From: an uncultured Muribaculaceae bacterium
GTDB taxonomy: Bacteria; Pseudomonadota; Alphaproteobacteria; Rs-D84
Direction: 5' to 3'
Length of the DNA stretch: 64,000 bases
Assembly (NCBI GenBank): GCA_964371145.1
Contig: CAYJKO010000002.1
Location: 14,330-78,329 of the forward strand
How positions within the stretch are numbered: position 1 is the first letter of the stretch; every line of letters starts with the position of its first letter. Below the pieces are notes generated by a model. The model searched no databases and was not told the DNA's origin. It saw nothing but the letters and a program-made list of their open reading frames with translations. This document shows, piece by piece, positions 9,511 to 18,254 of the stretch. The position numbers and the translations under genes were made by a program.

Positions 9511-10419
9511 ATGAATATTTTAGGAATGATTGCAAATTTTGGGAAAACAATGATATACGGGGTCGTCAATATATTCGATTCATATATTGTAGGGGACGTT
9601 TTCAAACGCAGCGCAACAACCGTATTTTATTACGGATTGACTAATTTAATTGCATTACCCGTTATATTAATGTTTGGCGCACCGTCTATTCCGACATGGC
9701 CTATTGCATTATTGATACTGGCATCATGTTTAATCGAAGTATTATATCAATTCCCATATTATCGATCATTAAAAGAAACCGACACATCTATTGTTATTGC
9801 GATGTTATCGTTTGGCCAAATATTGTTGCCTGTATTTGCTTATTTTATTCTGGGCGAACAAATCACAAATTTTCAATTAATCGGATTTTTCATAGTTATA
9901 TTATTCAGCATGATTTTAAATCTTGGGACCGAGGCTAAATCAAATAAAAAAATAAAATTAAATGCAGCTTTCTTTTTAATGTTTATCGTAGCATTTATAT
10001 TATCGTTTGAAGACGTGATATCTAAAAAAGCATTATTAGAAACCGGTTGGGTTACATTTATGTTTTGGTATGTATTATTAACCAGCTGTCTAAGCGCGGC
10101 TGTATATCTGTATCCAAAAAACAGAGCCGAGATAAAAAAATCATCCGTTGTCTTCAAAAAAAGATGGAAAACTTTTATTGGGATAGAAATTTTAAATCAA
10201 TCCGCCAACATGCTTTCCAGATATGCATTAGCAGTATTGCCAATCATTGCATACAGCGTAATTGACGGATTACAACCATTATTTGTTTTGATATTTGGGA
10301 TTATAATCAGCCGCCTGAAATTATTCAAAGTGCACGAAAAAATCGATTTTAAAAACATCGGAAAAAAAATCATCTGTTTTGGATTTATATTATTGGGTAT
10401 TTATTTAACTGTAATATAA
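9511..10419 (+). CDS. DMT-superfamily (EamA-like) membrane transporter, paralog 2
   Basis: 302 aa, same length and colinear similarity to the upstream ORF (e.g. VNIFDSYIVGDVFKRSATTVFYYGLTNLIALPVILMFG versus SNIFDAYIVEKFFKKVSTAVFFNGITNIIAIPIILMFG). Confidence 0.5.
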   Translation: MNILGMIANFGKTMIYGVVNIFDSYIVGDVFKRSATTVFYYGLTNLIALPVILMFGAPSIPTWPIALLILASCLIEVLYQFPYYRSLKETDTSIVIAMLSFGQILLPVFAYFILGEQITNFQLIGFFIVILFSMILNLGTEAKSNKKIKLNAAFFLMFIVAFILSFEDVISKKALLETGWVTFMFWYVLLTSCLSAAVYLYPKNRAEIKKSSVVFKKRWKTFIGIEILNQSANMLSRYALAVLPIIAYSVIDGLQPLFVLIFGIIISRLKLFKVHEKIDFKNIGKKIICFGFILLGIYLTVI

Positions 10420-10474
10420 GAAACAGTTACCCCTTGCAAATGCCGGTTGATTGAATATAATATATTTATATTTT

Positions 10475-10550
10475 GGATGCGTAGCTCAGTTGGTAGAGCA
10501 ACTGACTCTTAATCAGTGGGTCCAGAGTTCGAATCTCTGCGCGTCCACCA
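10475..10550 (+). tRNA. tRNA-Lys (anticodon CUU)
   Basis: GGATGCG-TA-GCTCAGTTGGTAGAGC-A-ACTGA-CTCTTAA-TCAGT-GGGTC-CAGAGTTCGAATCTCTG-CGCGTCC-ACCA. 76 nt, canonical cloverleaf, anticodon CTT, encoded CCA. Confidence 0.9.
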
Positions 10551-10551
10551 A

Positions 10552-10588
10552 AATAAACAACCGATCTTTATGATCGGTTTTTGTTTTG
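10552..10588 (+). terminator. rho-independent terminator-like hairpin after tRNA-Lys (copy 1 of a duplicated element)
   Basis: aaataaacAACCGATCtttatGATCGGTTtttgtttt: 8-bp stem, 5-nt loop, T-rich tail. Confidence 0.6.
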
Positions 10589-10725
10589 CCAGGACAAAGC
10601 AGATAAGAACGATAAGATTCCGAGCAAATAGTTATTGTTTTTTCGCAACGCGAATAAAATAATTACGATTGCGAAAGGGACCCGCGATTTTTAAATCGTG
10701 GGAATTACAATCTCGCAGCAATCAC

Positions 10726-10766
10726 AAAAATAAAACACCGGTCTTTATAATCGGGATTTGTTTTAA
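10726..10766 (+). repeat. degenerate second copy of the post-tRNA hairpin element
   Basis: aaaataaaacaCCGGtctttataatCGGGatttgtttt is colinear with 10547..10585 (aaaataaacaaccgatctttatgatcggtttttgtttt). It lies about 180 bp downstream, and the preceding bases (atcacaaaa) weakly echo the tRNA 3' end (tccaccaaa). Confidence 0.5.
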
Positions 10767-10772
10767 TTATCG

Positions 10773-10797
10773 TTGTATATACAGCCTGTATATACAA
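10773..10797. repeat. perfect 12-bp inverted repeat (TTGTATATACAG c CTGTATATACAA)
   Basis: Read directly from sequence. It lies 6 nt beyond the stop of the minus-strand M23 peptidase gene. Candidate operator or bidirectional terminator stem. Confidence 0.55.
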
Positions 10798-10802
10798 TCG
10801 TC

Positions 10803-12143
10803 CTATTTCTTCATATATGCTGTTGGGTTGTACGCCTTTGATCCTTTGCGGATTTCAAAATGTAATTGCGGCGCGTCCACTTTCCCGGTTTGACCAACCG
10901 TTCCTATTTGCTGCCCGACCTTTACCTTGGTACCGCGGCGCACAGACATTTTATCCATATGCGCATACACCGTCATCCAACCCCCAGAGTGCTGTATTAT
11001 GACCAAATTACCCATACCTTTGACCTCGTTACCTGCATATGCGACCGCTCCGTTTTCTGCCGCACGAACAGCCGTTCCTGATTTGGCAGATATATTTATA
11101 CCGTCATTAAACAGCCCGCCAGATTTTGCGCCATATCCGGACAATATTTTTCCGCGAACCGGCCACGAGAATTTAGACGATGAACGAGATGCCAATGTCG
11201 GAATTTTTTGCGCAGGATTTGATGATATTTTTTTCGGTTCTTCTTTTACCGCGACCGGTGTGGCCGGTGCTTTTACAGCCGGTGTTTTTACAGCCGCCGT
11301 TTCTGTTTTTTTAACAGTTGTAACTGTTGTCGTTTTTGTTTCCGGCTTTGCCGCAACAGTCTTTGTATCCGGTTTTGATTCCGACCCATATACGGATGCC
11401 GGTTTATCTGCAACCGTTATAACATTCGGATTATATTCGACCGGTTTGATATCAGGCACTTTTATTTTTTGACCAACAGACAAAGTAAAGGGGGCCGTCA
11501 ACTTATTTAAAACCGCCAAATCATTAACCGGCATTAGATAACGTCTGGACAAAGAATATAACGTATCACCCTTTGCCACAGAAATTTCTTTTAATGAAAC
11601 GGTCGGCGCCGACACTGTTTGCGGTGTTTTTGCAACATCAACATCCGTGCCCGTTAATTTCAATTTTTGACCAACCGATATTCCATATGGCGCGGATAAA
11701 TTATTTATTATTGCCAAAGCATCAACGGTCGTATCATATCGTTTTGACAAAGAATACAACGTGTCGCCTTTTTGCACAATAACGTATCCGCCGGTTTTTT
11801 TATACCCATCCCCGCCGTACATCGGAACAACCAGATAATCATCTGCAACAATAGTATCAGACGAACCATAAGTCGATTCTGGTGGCAAATAAGTATATTT
11901 ATCAGACGGTTTATAAACCAAAACCTCGTCTTCGCCCGACACATCAGGGGACGCATAGACCCCATAATCGACCGCGGCCGAATTATATATTTCGGGATTT
12001 GTTTCGGGATCCGCCAACAATGCAGGGTATCGTGTCATAATCAAATCTGCAACATTGTCCGGCACAGACGCCAATTTGGGCTGTAAATCACAGGCCAATA
12101 ACAACACCGCACAAATTAAAAATTTCAAAGCTTTATTAATCAT
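10803..12143 (-). CDS. nlpD: LysM-domain M23 peptidase lipoprotein (NlpD-like)
   Basis: Start at MINKALKFLICAVLLLAC (lipobox LLAC). Two LysM repeats (GDTLYSLSKRY.., GDTLYSLSRRY..), a Pro/Thr/Lys-rich linker, and a C-terminal M23 domain (GNLVIIQHSGGWMTVYAHM..GTVGQTG..HFEI). Confidence 0.8.
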   Translation of the reverse strand: MINKALKFLICAVLLLACDLQPKLASVPDNVADLIMTRYPALLADPETNPEIYNSAAVDYGVYASPDVSGEDEVLVYKPSDKYTYLPPESTYGSSDTIVADDYLVVPMYGGDGYKKTGGYVIVQKGDTLYSLSKRYDTTVDALAIINNLSAPYGISVGQKLKLTGTDVDVAKTPQTVSAPTVSLKEISVAKGDTLYSLSRRYLMPVNDLAVLNKLTAPFTLSVGQKIKVPDIKPVEYNPNVITVADKPASVYGSESKPDTKTVAAKPETKTTTVTTVKKTETAAVKTPAVKAPATPVAVKEEPKKISSNPAQKIPTLASRSSSKFSWPVRGKILSGYGAKSGGLFNDGINISAKSGTAVRAAENGAVAYAGNEVKGMGNLVIIQHSGGWMTVYAHMDKMSVRRGTKVKVGQQIGTVGQTGKVDAPQLHFEIRKGSKAYNPTAYMKK

Positions 12144-12201
12144 AAAATATATTATATCACAAAAAACGATCAAATAAAAGCAAGACCGGAACGCAAAAAA
12201 A

Positions 12202-12909
12202 TCAATCGTCCGACTTCATAAAAAACAAACTGGATTCGAACAAAAACCACATTGGCGCTGCCAACATAATTTGAGAAACGACATCTGGTGGCGTCAAAAC
12301 CGCAGAGCCAACAAATATAAAGACAACCGCATAACGTCTGGATTTTTTAGCAACCGATTTCGGCAATAACCCAACCCTGTTCAGCAAAATTAAAACCAAT
12401 GGCAATTGAAAAGCCAATCCGAAAATTTTCAATAATCCTATAGAAAAAGACAAATAATTTTTAACCGCAGGCAACACAACCGATGGCACAGGCGACGATT
12501 CGTTTAACGTTATAAAAAATTTAAAAACGACCGGAAACAAAACATAAAAAGCAAATGCCGCGCCAATCAAAAACAATACCGGTGACATAATTACAATTGG
12601 CACAACAAATCTTTTTTCATTTGATTTTAACCCCGGCGATACAAATGCCCACAAATGCCACAAGAAAAAAGGCAGAGACACACACAATGCAAATAAAGCG
12701 GACAATGAAAAATTTATCATCAACCCATCTGTTATCCCCGTATACAACAAATTACCATTCGCCCAAACATCTAATAATGGGGTCGTTAAAAAATCTTGTA
12801 AAAACGGTGCAACAAACCACCCCGCCCCGAACGAGACAACAAAAATCAGGACGCACCATAAAATACGTCTTTTTAATTCAGCAAAATGTTGCATCAATGT
12901 CATCTTCAT
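12202..12909 (-). CDS. tatC: twin-arginine translocase subunit TatC
   Basis: 235 aa, 6 TM helices. N-terminal MTLMQHFAELKRRIL and the overall TatC pattern. Confidence 0.85.
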   Translation of the reverse strand: MKMTLMQHFAELKRRILWCVLIFVVSFGAGWFVAPFLQDFLTTPLLDVWANGNLLYTGITDGLMINFSLSALFALCVSLPFFLWHLWAFVSPGLKSNEKRFVVPIVIMSPVLFLIGAAFAFYVLFPVVFKFFITLNESSPVPSVVLPAVKNYLSFSIGLLKIFGLAFQLPLVLILLNRVGLLPKSVAKKSRRYAVVFIFVGSAVLTPPDVVSQIMLAAPMWFLFESSLFFMKSDD

Positions 12910-13184
12910 TTTTTTGTCGCTTTTTTGGATTTTTTTGGAATCTTTGTTGAAAAACCGGACAAAATATCATCCGTTGTTTTTTTTACCAATTCATCAATTG
13001 GTTTTTCCATATCAATTTGTTCTTTTATATTTTCTGCGCTTTCTGTTATCTTCCATATAATCCCGCGTATACCCTTTACAAGACGCGCGATAAATTTAAT
13101 AACATCTGGCCACAATCGCGCCGGTATTATTAATACCGCAACCGTCAATATTATTAAAAATTCAGAAAAACTTATACCGAACAT
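12906..13184 (-). CDS. tatB: twin-arginine translocase subunit TatB (TatA/B family)
   Basis: 92 aa, starting MFGISFSEFLIILTVAVLIIPARLWPDVIKFIARLVKGIRG. N-terminal TM helix plus amphipathic helix. Overlaps the tatC start by 4 nt. A separate shorter tatA lies at 20203..20382. Confidence 0.7.
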   Translation of the reverse strand: MFGISFSEFLIILTVAVLIIPARLWPDVIKFIARLVKGIRGIIWKITESAENIKEQIDMEKPIDELVKKTTDDILSGFSTKIPKKSKKATKK

Positions 13185-13198
13185 TTTAACCCCAATTT

Positions 13199-13810
13199 TT
13201 ATTCATAAAACGAATCGCCGCCTGATGTTGAATTTGTTTTATGGCGCTCAATTTGAAAATAATCTTTTGCGAAATTTGTTTTCGTTTTTAAATTATCGAA
13301 TTCAACAAATGTTTCATTCCCCAAAGCATCGACGACTGTCCAAGAATGCAATTTAACAGGAGAATTTTCGAAATTAACAACCATGTGTCCCGCACCTTCG
13401 TTATTTTTCATATACATTTTTAAAGAAAAAATATCGTCTTTTGAAGATGTATCAGACACAACAATATCGCCGCCCGTTAATTTTATGTTTTCACGAACCA
13501 AAATTCCAGCCGGAGTCGCAGACACAGGAATTGTCGTAATTTGATCCAGACTTTTATCAAAGAAATATAAATCTGTACCGTCCGAAATTAATTGTATCGG
13601 ACTGTCTTCGTAATCCAATCTGACCTTTCCCGGGCGTAACATAGAAAATTCGCCATCTTCGGAACCTGCGAAACTGGTTTGTTCAAAATCCCCCGATAAT
13701 CCGGTTATAGAATTTAAATATTTTTCCGCACGTGATACAGCCGATGAATCAACAGAAGCCGATGCCATAAACGGCATCATTGCGATTAAAACACCCATTA
13801 TAAATTTCAT
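13199..13810 (-). CDS. lolA: outer-membrane lipoprotein carrier protein LolA
   Basis: 203 aa with a signal peptide. Colinear with E. coli LolA (GDFEQTS.., ..LISDGTDLYFFDKSLDQITT.., TPAGILVREN). Confidence 0.65.
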   Translation of the reverse strand: MKFIMGVLIAMMPFMASASVDSSAVSRAEKYLNSITGLSGDFEQTSFAGSEDGEFSMLRPGKVRLDYEDSPIQLISDGTDLYFFDKSLDQITTIPVSATPAGILVRENIKLTGGDIVVSDTSSKDDIFSLKMYMKNNEGAGHMVVNFENSPVKLHSWTVVDALGNETFVEFDNLKTKTNFAKDYFQIERHKTNSTSGGDSFYE

Positions 13811-13830
13811 TACATAAACCTTTTGTTTAA

Positions 13831-15582
13831 TTATATTGCCAAATCATCCAAAATGAATTGAGCAGATATACGTCCTTTGAATTCATTTTCTTTCAATTTT
13901 CCCAATAACTTTATTTTAGTGTTGATATTCGCATCGTCCAGCAAAAAATCTCCGATTTTTGTCCCAACCATATTAAACCCAACAAAATTCAATTGTCCGG
14001 TATTTGTGTTTACAACCCCGCGCAGATGGTTTCCCGTCCCCATTGTTCCAACCCATGATAATGTTCCACCATTTAAAACCAAAACAGGCTCTGGGTTACC
14101 CTGACCAAATGGTTCCAATTGAGACAATTTTTTTATAAAATTCATATTGGCGCCGCCTGCGTCCATTTCTACATCAACACATATTTCGACAGGTTTTTTT
14201 TCACCGCCCAATTGCTCTTTTACAGAATTTTCTAAAAATTCAATAAATTCATTTTCTTTGTCCGCCATCAAAGAAAACCCCGCAGCGGCCGCATGACCAC
14301 CGCCTTCGGTCAATATACCGCGCGCTGACGCTTCGTGTATTATTTTTCCCAAATCCACATCATCAATAGAACGCCCTGACCCGTTTATTTTGCCGTGTAC
14401 GCGGGATGCAACACAAATTGGCATATTGTATTTTTCTTTTAATCTTCCGGCGATTATTCCCATAATTCCACCGTGCCAATTATCACCAGATATAAATATA
14501 CTGAATTTATTTTCTTTTGCAATTTGTTCCGCACGTCTGTCGGCGGCCAACATTATCGCATTTTGAATATCAATTCTTTCTTGGTTCATTTTATGTAATT
14601 TTTCCGCCAATTCAGACGCGATTAACGGATTGTCGGTCAATAATAATTCTAATGACGGATTTGCAGAATCAATTCTGCCGGACGCATTCAATCGCGGTCC
14701 CAATGCAAAACCAACAGAATAAACAGATGGTTTTTTAACACCCGCAACATCCATTAAATTTGCCAATCCCAAATTTTGACGCAATCCCATAATTTTTAAT
14801 CCGGTATAAACAAAAGCGCGATTTAATTCAACCAAATTCATAGCATCACAAATCGTCCCCAGCGCAACCAAATCCAAATATTGCAAAAGATTTATGTTAT
14901 TTGCATTTTCTTTTAAAGATGAATTTTCATCGTTTTCTTTTAAATATCTGTTTAATGCAACAATGGTTAAAAACGCAACTCCGACGCCCGCCAGATAAGA
15001 TAATCCAGACGTATCATCCGCACGTTTTGGATTAACAACCGCATCCGCATTTGGTAAAACAATATCGGGACTGTGGTGATCTGTTACAACAACGGCAATA
15101 CCTTTTTCTTTTGCGTATTTGACTTCGTCCACCCCACCTATTCCGCAATCGACAGTTATTATTAACTTTACATCTTGGTCAGCCAAAGAATCTATGGCGT
15201 CATTATTTAAACCGTACCCCTCGCCGTCTCTGGTTGGCAAATGCCAAACCGTATCCGCACCCAATTCTTTTAAATATTTAATAAATATTGCAGTAGATGT
15301 AATTCCATCCACGTCATAATCACCGTACACGGCAATTTTTTGGCCAGAATAAATATATTTTGAAATTATTTTAACCGCGCGTTCCATATCTTGCATCAAA
15401 TACGGATCTGGCATATATTCTTTAACGGTTGGATTTAAAAATTTTTCTACATCAATTGTTTCGATTCCGCGCGCCTTGATTATGTTTATAATCAACGTGT
15501 CTAAATCTATGAATTCGTCATCTTTTAATACGTGCGTAACCCAGGATTTTCCCAGGATCGATTTTTCTACTATTCTTTTCAA
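13831..15582 (-). CDS. recJ: single-stranded-DNA-specific exonuclease RecJ
   Basis: 583 aa. DHH domain (IAVYGDYDVDGITS.., VVVTDHHSPD), DHHA1 domain (GGGHAAAAGF), C-terminal OB-fold region. Confidence 0.85.
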   Translation of the reverse strand: MKRIVEKSILGKSWVTHVLKDDEFIDLDTLIINIIKARGIETIDVEKFLNPTVKEYMPDPYLMQDMERAVKIISKYIYSGQKIAVYGDYDVDGITSTAIFIKYLKELGADTVWHLPTRDGEGYGLNNDAIDSLADQDVKLIITVDCGIGGVDEVKYAKEKGIAVVVTDHHSPDIVLPNADAVVNPKRADDTSGLSYLAGVGVAFLTIVALNRYLKENDENSSLKENANNINLLQYLDLVALGTICDAMNLVELNRAFVYTGLKIMGLRQNLGLANLMDVAGVKKPSVYSVGFALGPRLNASGRIDSANPSLELLLTDNPLIASELAEKLHKMNQERIDIQNAIMLAADRRAEQIAKENKFSIFISGDNWHGGIMGIIAGRLKEKYNMPICVASRVHGKINGSGRSIDDVDLGKIIHEASARGILTEGGGHAAAAGFSLMADKENEFIEFLENSVKEQLGGEKKPVEICVDVEMDAGGANMNFIKKLSQLEPFGQGNPEPVLVLNGGTLSWVGTMGTGNHLRGVVNTNTGQLNFVGFNMVGTKIGDFLLDDANINTKIKLLGKLKENEFKGRISAQFILDDLAI

Positions 15583-15627
15583 CTTAATATCTCTTTTTAT
15601 TATTAAGTATATTATAGCAATTTATTT

Positions 15628-17250
15628 TTAAAATAGCAAAGGAAGTATGTCATTTAAGATATGACCGGCGGTTGGCGCAGAATTCCAATAAGATGTTTTA
15701 TAATACCAATCTTCTTTTAAACCTTTTGGCTCGTCTAAAATAACCATAATTGTATATTTTGGTGCTTCAATTGGGAAAGCGGCAGTAAACACGGTTATAT
15801 TTCTTTTTTTATCAACTTTGCCATCTGTATATTTTTCGGCAGTCCCGGTTTTTCCGCCGATATTCATACCATTCATCTTGGCGGGTTTGCCCGAATGATT
15901 TTCAACGACGCGTTGTAATATTGTATTTAATTTTTTTGAAATATCTTTATCCAAAACATTTTCAACATCTATTTCGCCCAAGGCTCTTTTTTTCAAAGTC
16001 GGATACACATAAAAACCTGAATTTACCATAGAATTAAACCCAAGGAACAAATGCATGGGCGTTACAGAAATACCGTGCCCATATGATACAGTAGACTTTT
16101 CAACAGGTCCCCATTTATATGGCATTAACGGGCTTTCAGTTTTTCCGAATTCCAAATACAATGGTTTATCCATATTAATTCTAGATAAAAATTCTTGCTG
16201 GGTCCCATCCGGCAAATCTAAAGCTATTTGCGCACTTCCCGCGTTACAAGACATCGCCATAATTTCTTCAATGTTTAAATTTGGTCTGGGCGGTCTGAAA
16301 GACGGAACGTCATTTACATATTTAACAATACGGCCGCGGCTATTTTTAACAGGGAAAGGTTTTTCGATATAATATTCTTTATCTATTCCATTTTCTATGG
16401 CCATTGCAGTATTAAATAGTTTGAATACGGACCCCAATTCATAAACACCGCGAGTAATTTTCATCATTCTGTTTGACGCAGGATCCGCATTTAAATTTTC
16501 AGGATCAAAATCTGGCAAAGACACCATGGCCAAAATTTCACCTGTTCTGGAATCCATCAACATACCCATCGCACCAATTGCGCTGTATTTTTTTACAGCG
16601 TCAGACAATCTTTTGTAAAAAATACTTTGAATTCTTGCGTCCAGCGATAAAATTAGCGGATCCGTATTTTGCGTTAAATAAGAATTAAAAGCACGTTCTG
16701 CGCCTTCCAACCCACGATTTTCTTTTCCGACAAAACCAACTGCGTGCGAGAATATGCGCCCCGTCGGATAAACTCGTTTTTGCTTTTTTTCAACCTCTAT
16801 TCCCGGTATTTTAGCAGCGATAACAGCATCCAATTTTTTTTCATTTGCGTCAATTACAATACGTGTGTATCCAGATTTCGAATTAACGAATTTCAATGCG
16901 GATGAATAAGAATATTTATCCGGATATATTTCATGTAATAATTTTGCAACTTTTGATTTATCTTTTATTAATTTTGGTATTAAAACAATATCACCGGACA
17001 CCAAATTTTTTGCCAAAACTGTGCCATTTCTGTCAACGATATCGGCGCGATCGACAACCCATTGGCTGACAAATTCTGTATTTCTTGTAACATCTTTGCC
17101 TATAATCGCATATCGTAACATAACAAAAGAAAAGAATAAGAAAACGTAAAAGATCAAACGCAATATAGTTTTTAATCTGCGTTTTTCAAACGTTTCAGGA
17201 TTAGATATTTCAAATCCTTTTTTAAAAATGTCTTTTCCTATTTCATACAT
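15628..17250 (-). CDS. ftsI: peptidoglycan D,D-transpeptidase FtsI (PBP3)
   Basis: 540 aa, N-terminal TM anchor. Transpeptidase motifs SVFK (GSVFKLF), SCN (MSCNAGSAQ), KTGT (GKTGTAE). Immediately downstream of ftsL. Confidence 0.85.
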   Translation of the reverse strand: MYEIGKDIFKKGFEISNPETFEKRRLKTILRLIFYVFLFFSFVMLRYAIIGKDVTRNTEFVSQWVVDRADIVDRNGTVLAKNLVSGDIVLIPKLIKDKSKVAKLLHEIYPDKYSYSSALKFVNSKSGYTRIVIDANEKKLDAVIAAKIPGIEVEKKQKRVYPTGRIFSHAVGFVGKENRGLEGAERAFNSYLTQNTDPLILSLDARIQSIFYKRLSDAVKKYSAIGAMGMLMDSRTGEILAMVSLPDFDPENLNADPASNRMMKITRGVYELGSVFKLFNTAMAIENGIDKEYYIEKPFPVKNSRGRIVKYVNDVPSFRPPRPNLNIEEIMAMSCNAGSAQIALDLPDGTQQEFLSRINMDKPLYLEFGKTESPLMPYKWGPVEKSTVSYGHGISVTPMHLFLGFNSMVNSGFYVYPTLKKRALGEIDVENVLDKDISKKLNTILQRVVENHSGKPAKMNGMNIGGKTGTAEKYTDGKVDKKRNITVFTAAFPIEAPKYTIMVILDEPKGLKEDWYYKTSYWNSAPTAGHILNDILPLLF

Positions 17251-17251
17251 A

Positions 17252-17530
17252 TTATTTCTTCGTTTTTAAATCTTTTATAGATACGGCTTTATCAAATCCA
17301 ACAAATTCAGCATTCGGTTGCACATCATTCAATAATTCATCCAAATTATCTATTTCAGCAAATTCAGCCTCTGCTGCTGCAATGTTTTGTTGTGTTTTTT
17401 TAAGATTTTGACCTGCCGCATATAATTTGTCATTCTGACGTCTGTTAAAATGCCCCAACATAACGGAAACCACCACAAACAATATCAATAAAAACACACC
17501 CCAATTAAAAGCTTTATTTTCATCATTCAT
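17252..17530 (-). CDS. ftsL: cell division protein FtsL
   Basis: 92 aa, single TM helix followed by a coiled coil (..QNIAAAEAEFAEIDNLDEL..). Its stop lies 1 nt before the ftsI start. Confidence 0.55.
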   Translation of the reverse strand: MNDENKAFNWGVFLLILFVVVSVMLGHFNRRQNDKLYAAGQNLKKTQQNIAAAEAEFAEIDNLDELLNDVQPNAEFVGFDKAVSIKDLKTKK

Positions 17531-17571
17531 AAATTAACACCTATGTCTTTAAATATTTCATATATATATTA

Positions 17572-17934
17572 TCACAAATTTTTCAAAAAACTAATAACAG
17601 AATTAATTCCATTAACACGTCCTGCGCCGATATTTAAATCCAGACTGTTAAATTCAGACAAAATATCTATTTCTTTTATTTCATCAATGGATTTATTTTC
17701 TATAATATTTAATATTATTGCAATCAAACCACGCACCATTTCCGAATCAGCAAATGCATAAAATCTATTTTCAAAATTACAAATTTTAACCAATGAAGCG
17801 CACCCTTTTATTTCTGTACACGTGGCGTTTTCTGGTATTTTATTTAAACTTTTACCCAAATCGATTACAAATTCTAACTTTAAAACGGGATCATCTAAAT
17901 TCATCAACAAATTTTTTAACGTATTCCAATCCAT
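17572..17934 (-). CDS. sufE: cysteine desulfuration protein SufE
   Basis: Start taken at the internal MDWNTLKNLL.. (121 aa). SufE motif around the conserved Cys (TCTEIKGCASLVKI) and ..FYAFADSEMVRGLIAIIL. Confidence 0.65.
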   Translation of the reverse strand: MDWNTLKNLLMNLDDPVLKLEFVIDLGKSLNKIPENATCTEIKGCASLVKICNFENRFYAFADSEMVRGLIAIILNIIENKSIDEIKEIDILSEFNSLDLNIGAGRVNGINSVISFLKNL

Positions 17935-17948
17935 AATAAATCCTTTTT

Positions 17949-18254
17949 TTACCAACCCTGCTCTGTTAAATCTAACTCTAATCTGGCTGTTTCCGACATC
18001 CTGGACAAATCCCAGGCGGGATCCCAAACCAAATTTATTGAAACATCCAACACTCCGTCTACGGCCGAAACTGCCGATTTGGTCATTTCCAACAATTCTT
18101 CCATCATAGGGCACGTCGGGGTTGTAAACGTCATATTTAATGCAACTTTACCATCTTTTATATCTATATCATAGATCAAACCCAAATCCCAAATATTTAC
18201 AGGAATTTCTGGATCATACACAGTCTTTAACGCGTTTATAATATTGTCTTTCAT
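17949..18254 (-). CDS. sufT: Fe-S cluster assembly protein SufT (DUF59/MIP18 family)
   Basis: 101 aa. ALKTVYDPEIPVNIWDLGLIYDI.. and the TPTCPM motif typical of DUF59. Overlaps the sufS stop by 4 nt. Confidence 0.7.
   Translation of the reverse strand: MKDNIINALKTVYDPEIPVNIWDLGLIYDIDIKDGKVALNMTFTTPTCPMMEELLEMTKSAVSAVDGVLDVSINLVWDPAWDLSRMSETARLELDLTEQGW

Noticed and set aside
8840-10265. Four opposite-strand and alternate-frame ORFs (8840..9244-, 9131..9397+, 9873..10157-, 10047..10265+) that share motifs pairwise (e.g. YQNINVTQ.., MGYIYVLV..)
   Set aside because: They lie inside the two DMT paralog genes. Their similarity to each other is just the mirror image of the tandem gene duplication, not independent genes.
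10590-10770. Possible tmRNA or other structured RNA in the 250-bp spacer after tRNA-Lys
   Set aside because: No tRNA-like acceptor/T-arm ends (GGGG...TCCACCA-type) or recognisable tag reading frame. I kept only the repeat and palindrome observations.
10669-10893. 74-aa ORF spanning the spacer and the 3' end of nlpD
   Set aside because: Overlaps the well-supported minus-strand M23 peptidase gene and the intergenic palindrome. No RBS.
10927-12086. Several 70-180-aa plus-strand ORFs antisense to nlpD
   Set aside because: The Pro/Thr/Ala-rich products are mirror artefacts of the linker and LysM region of the strongly supported minus-strand gene.
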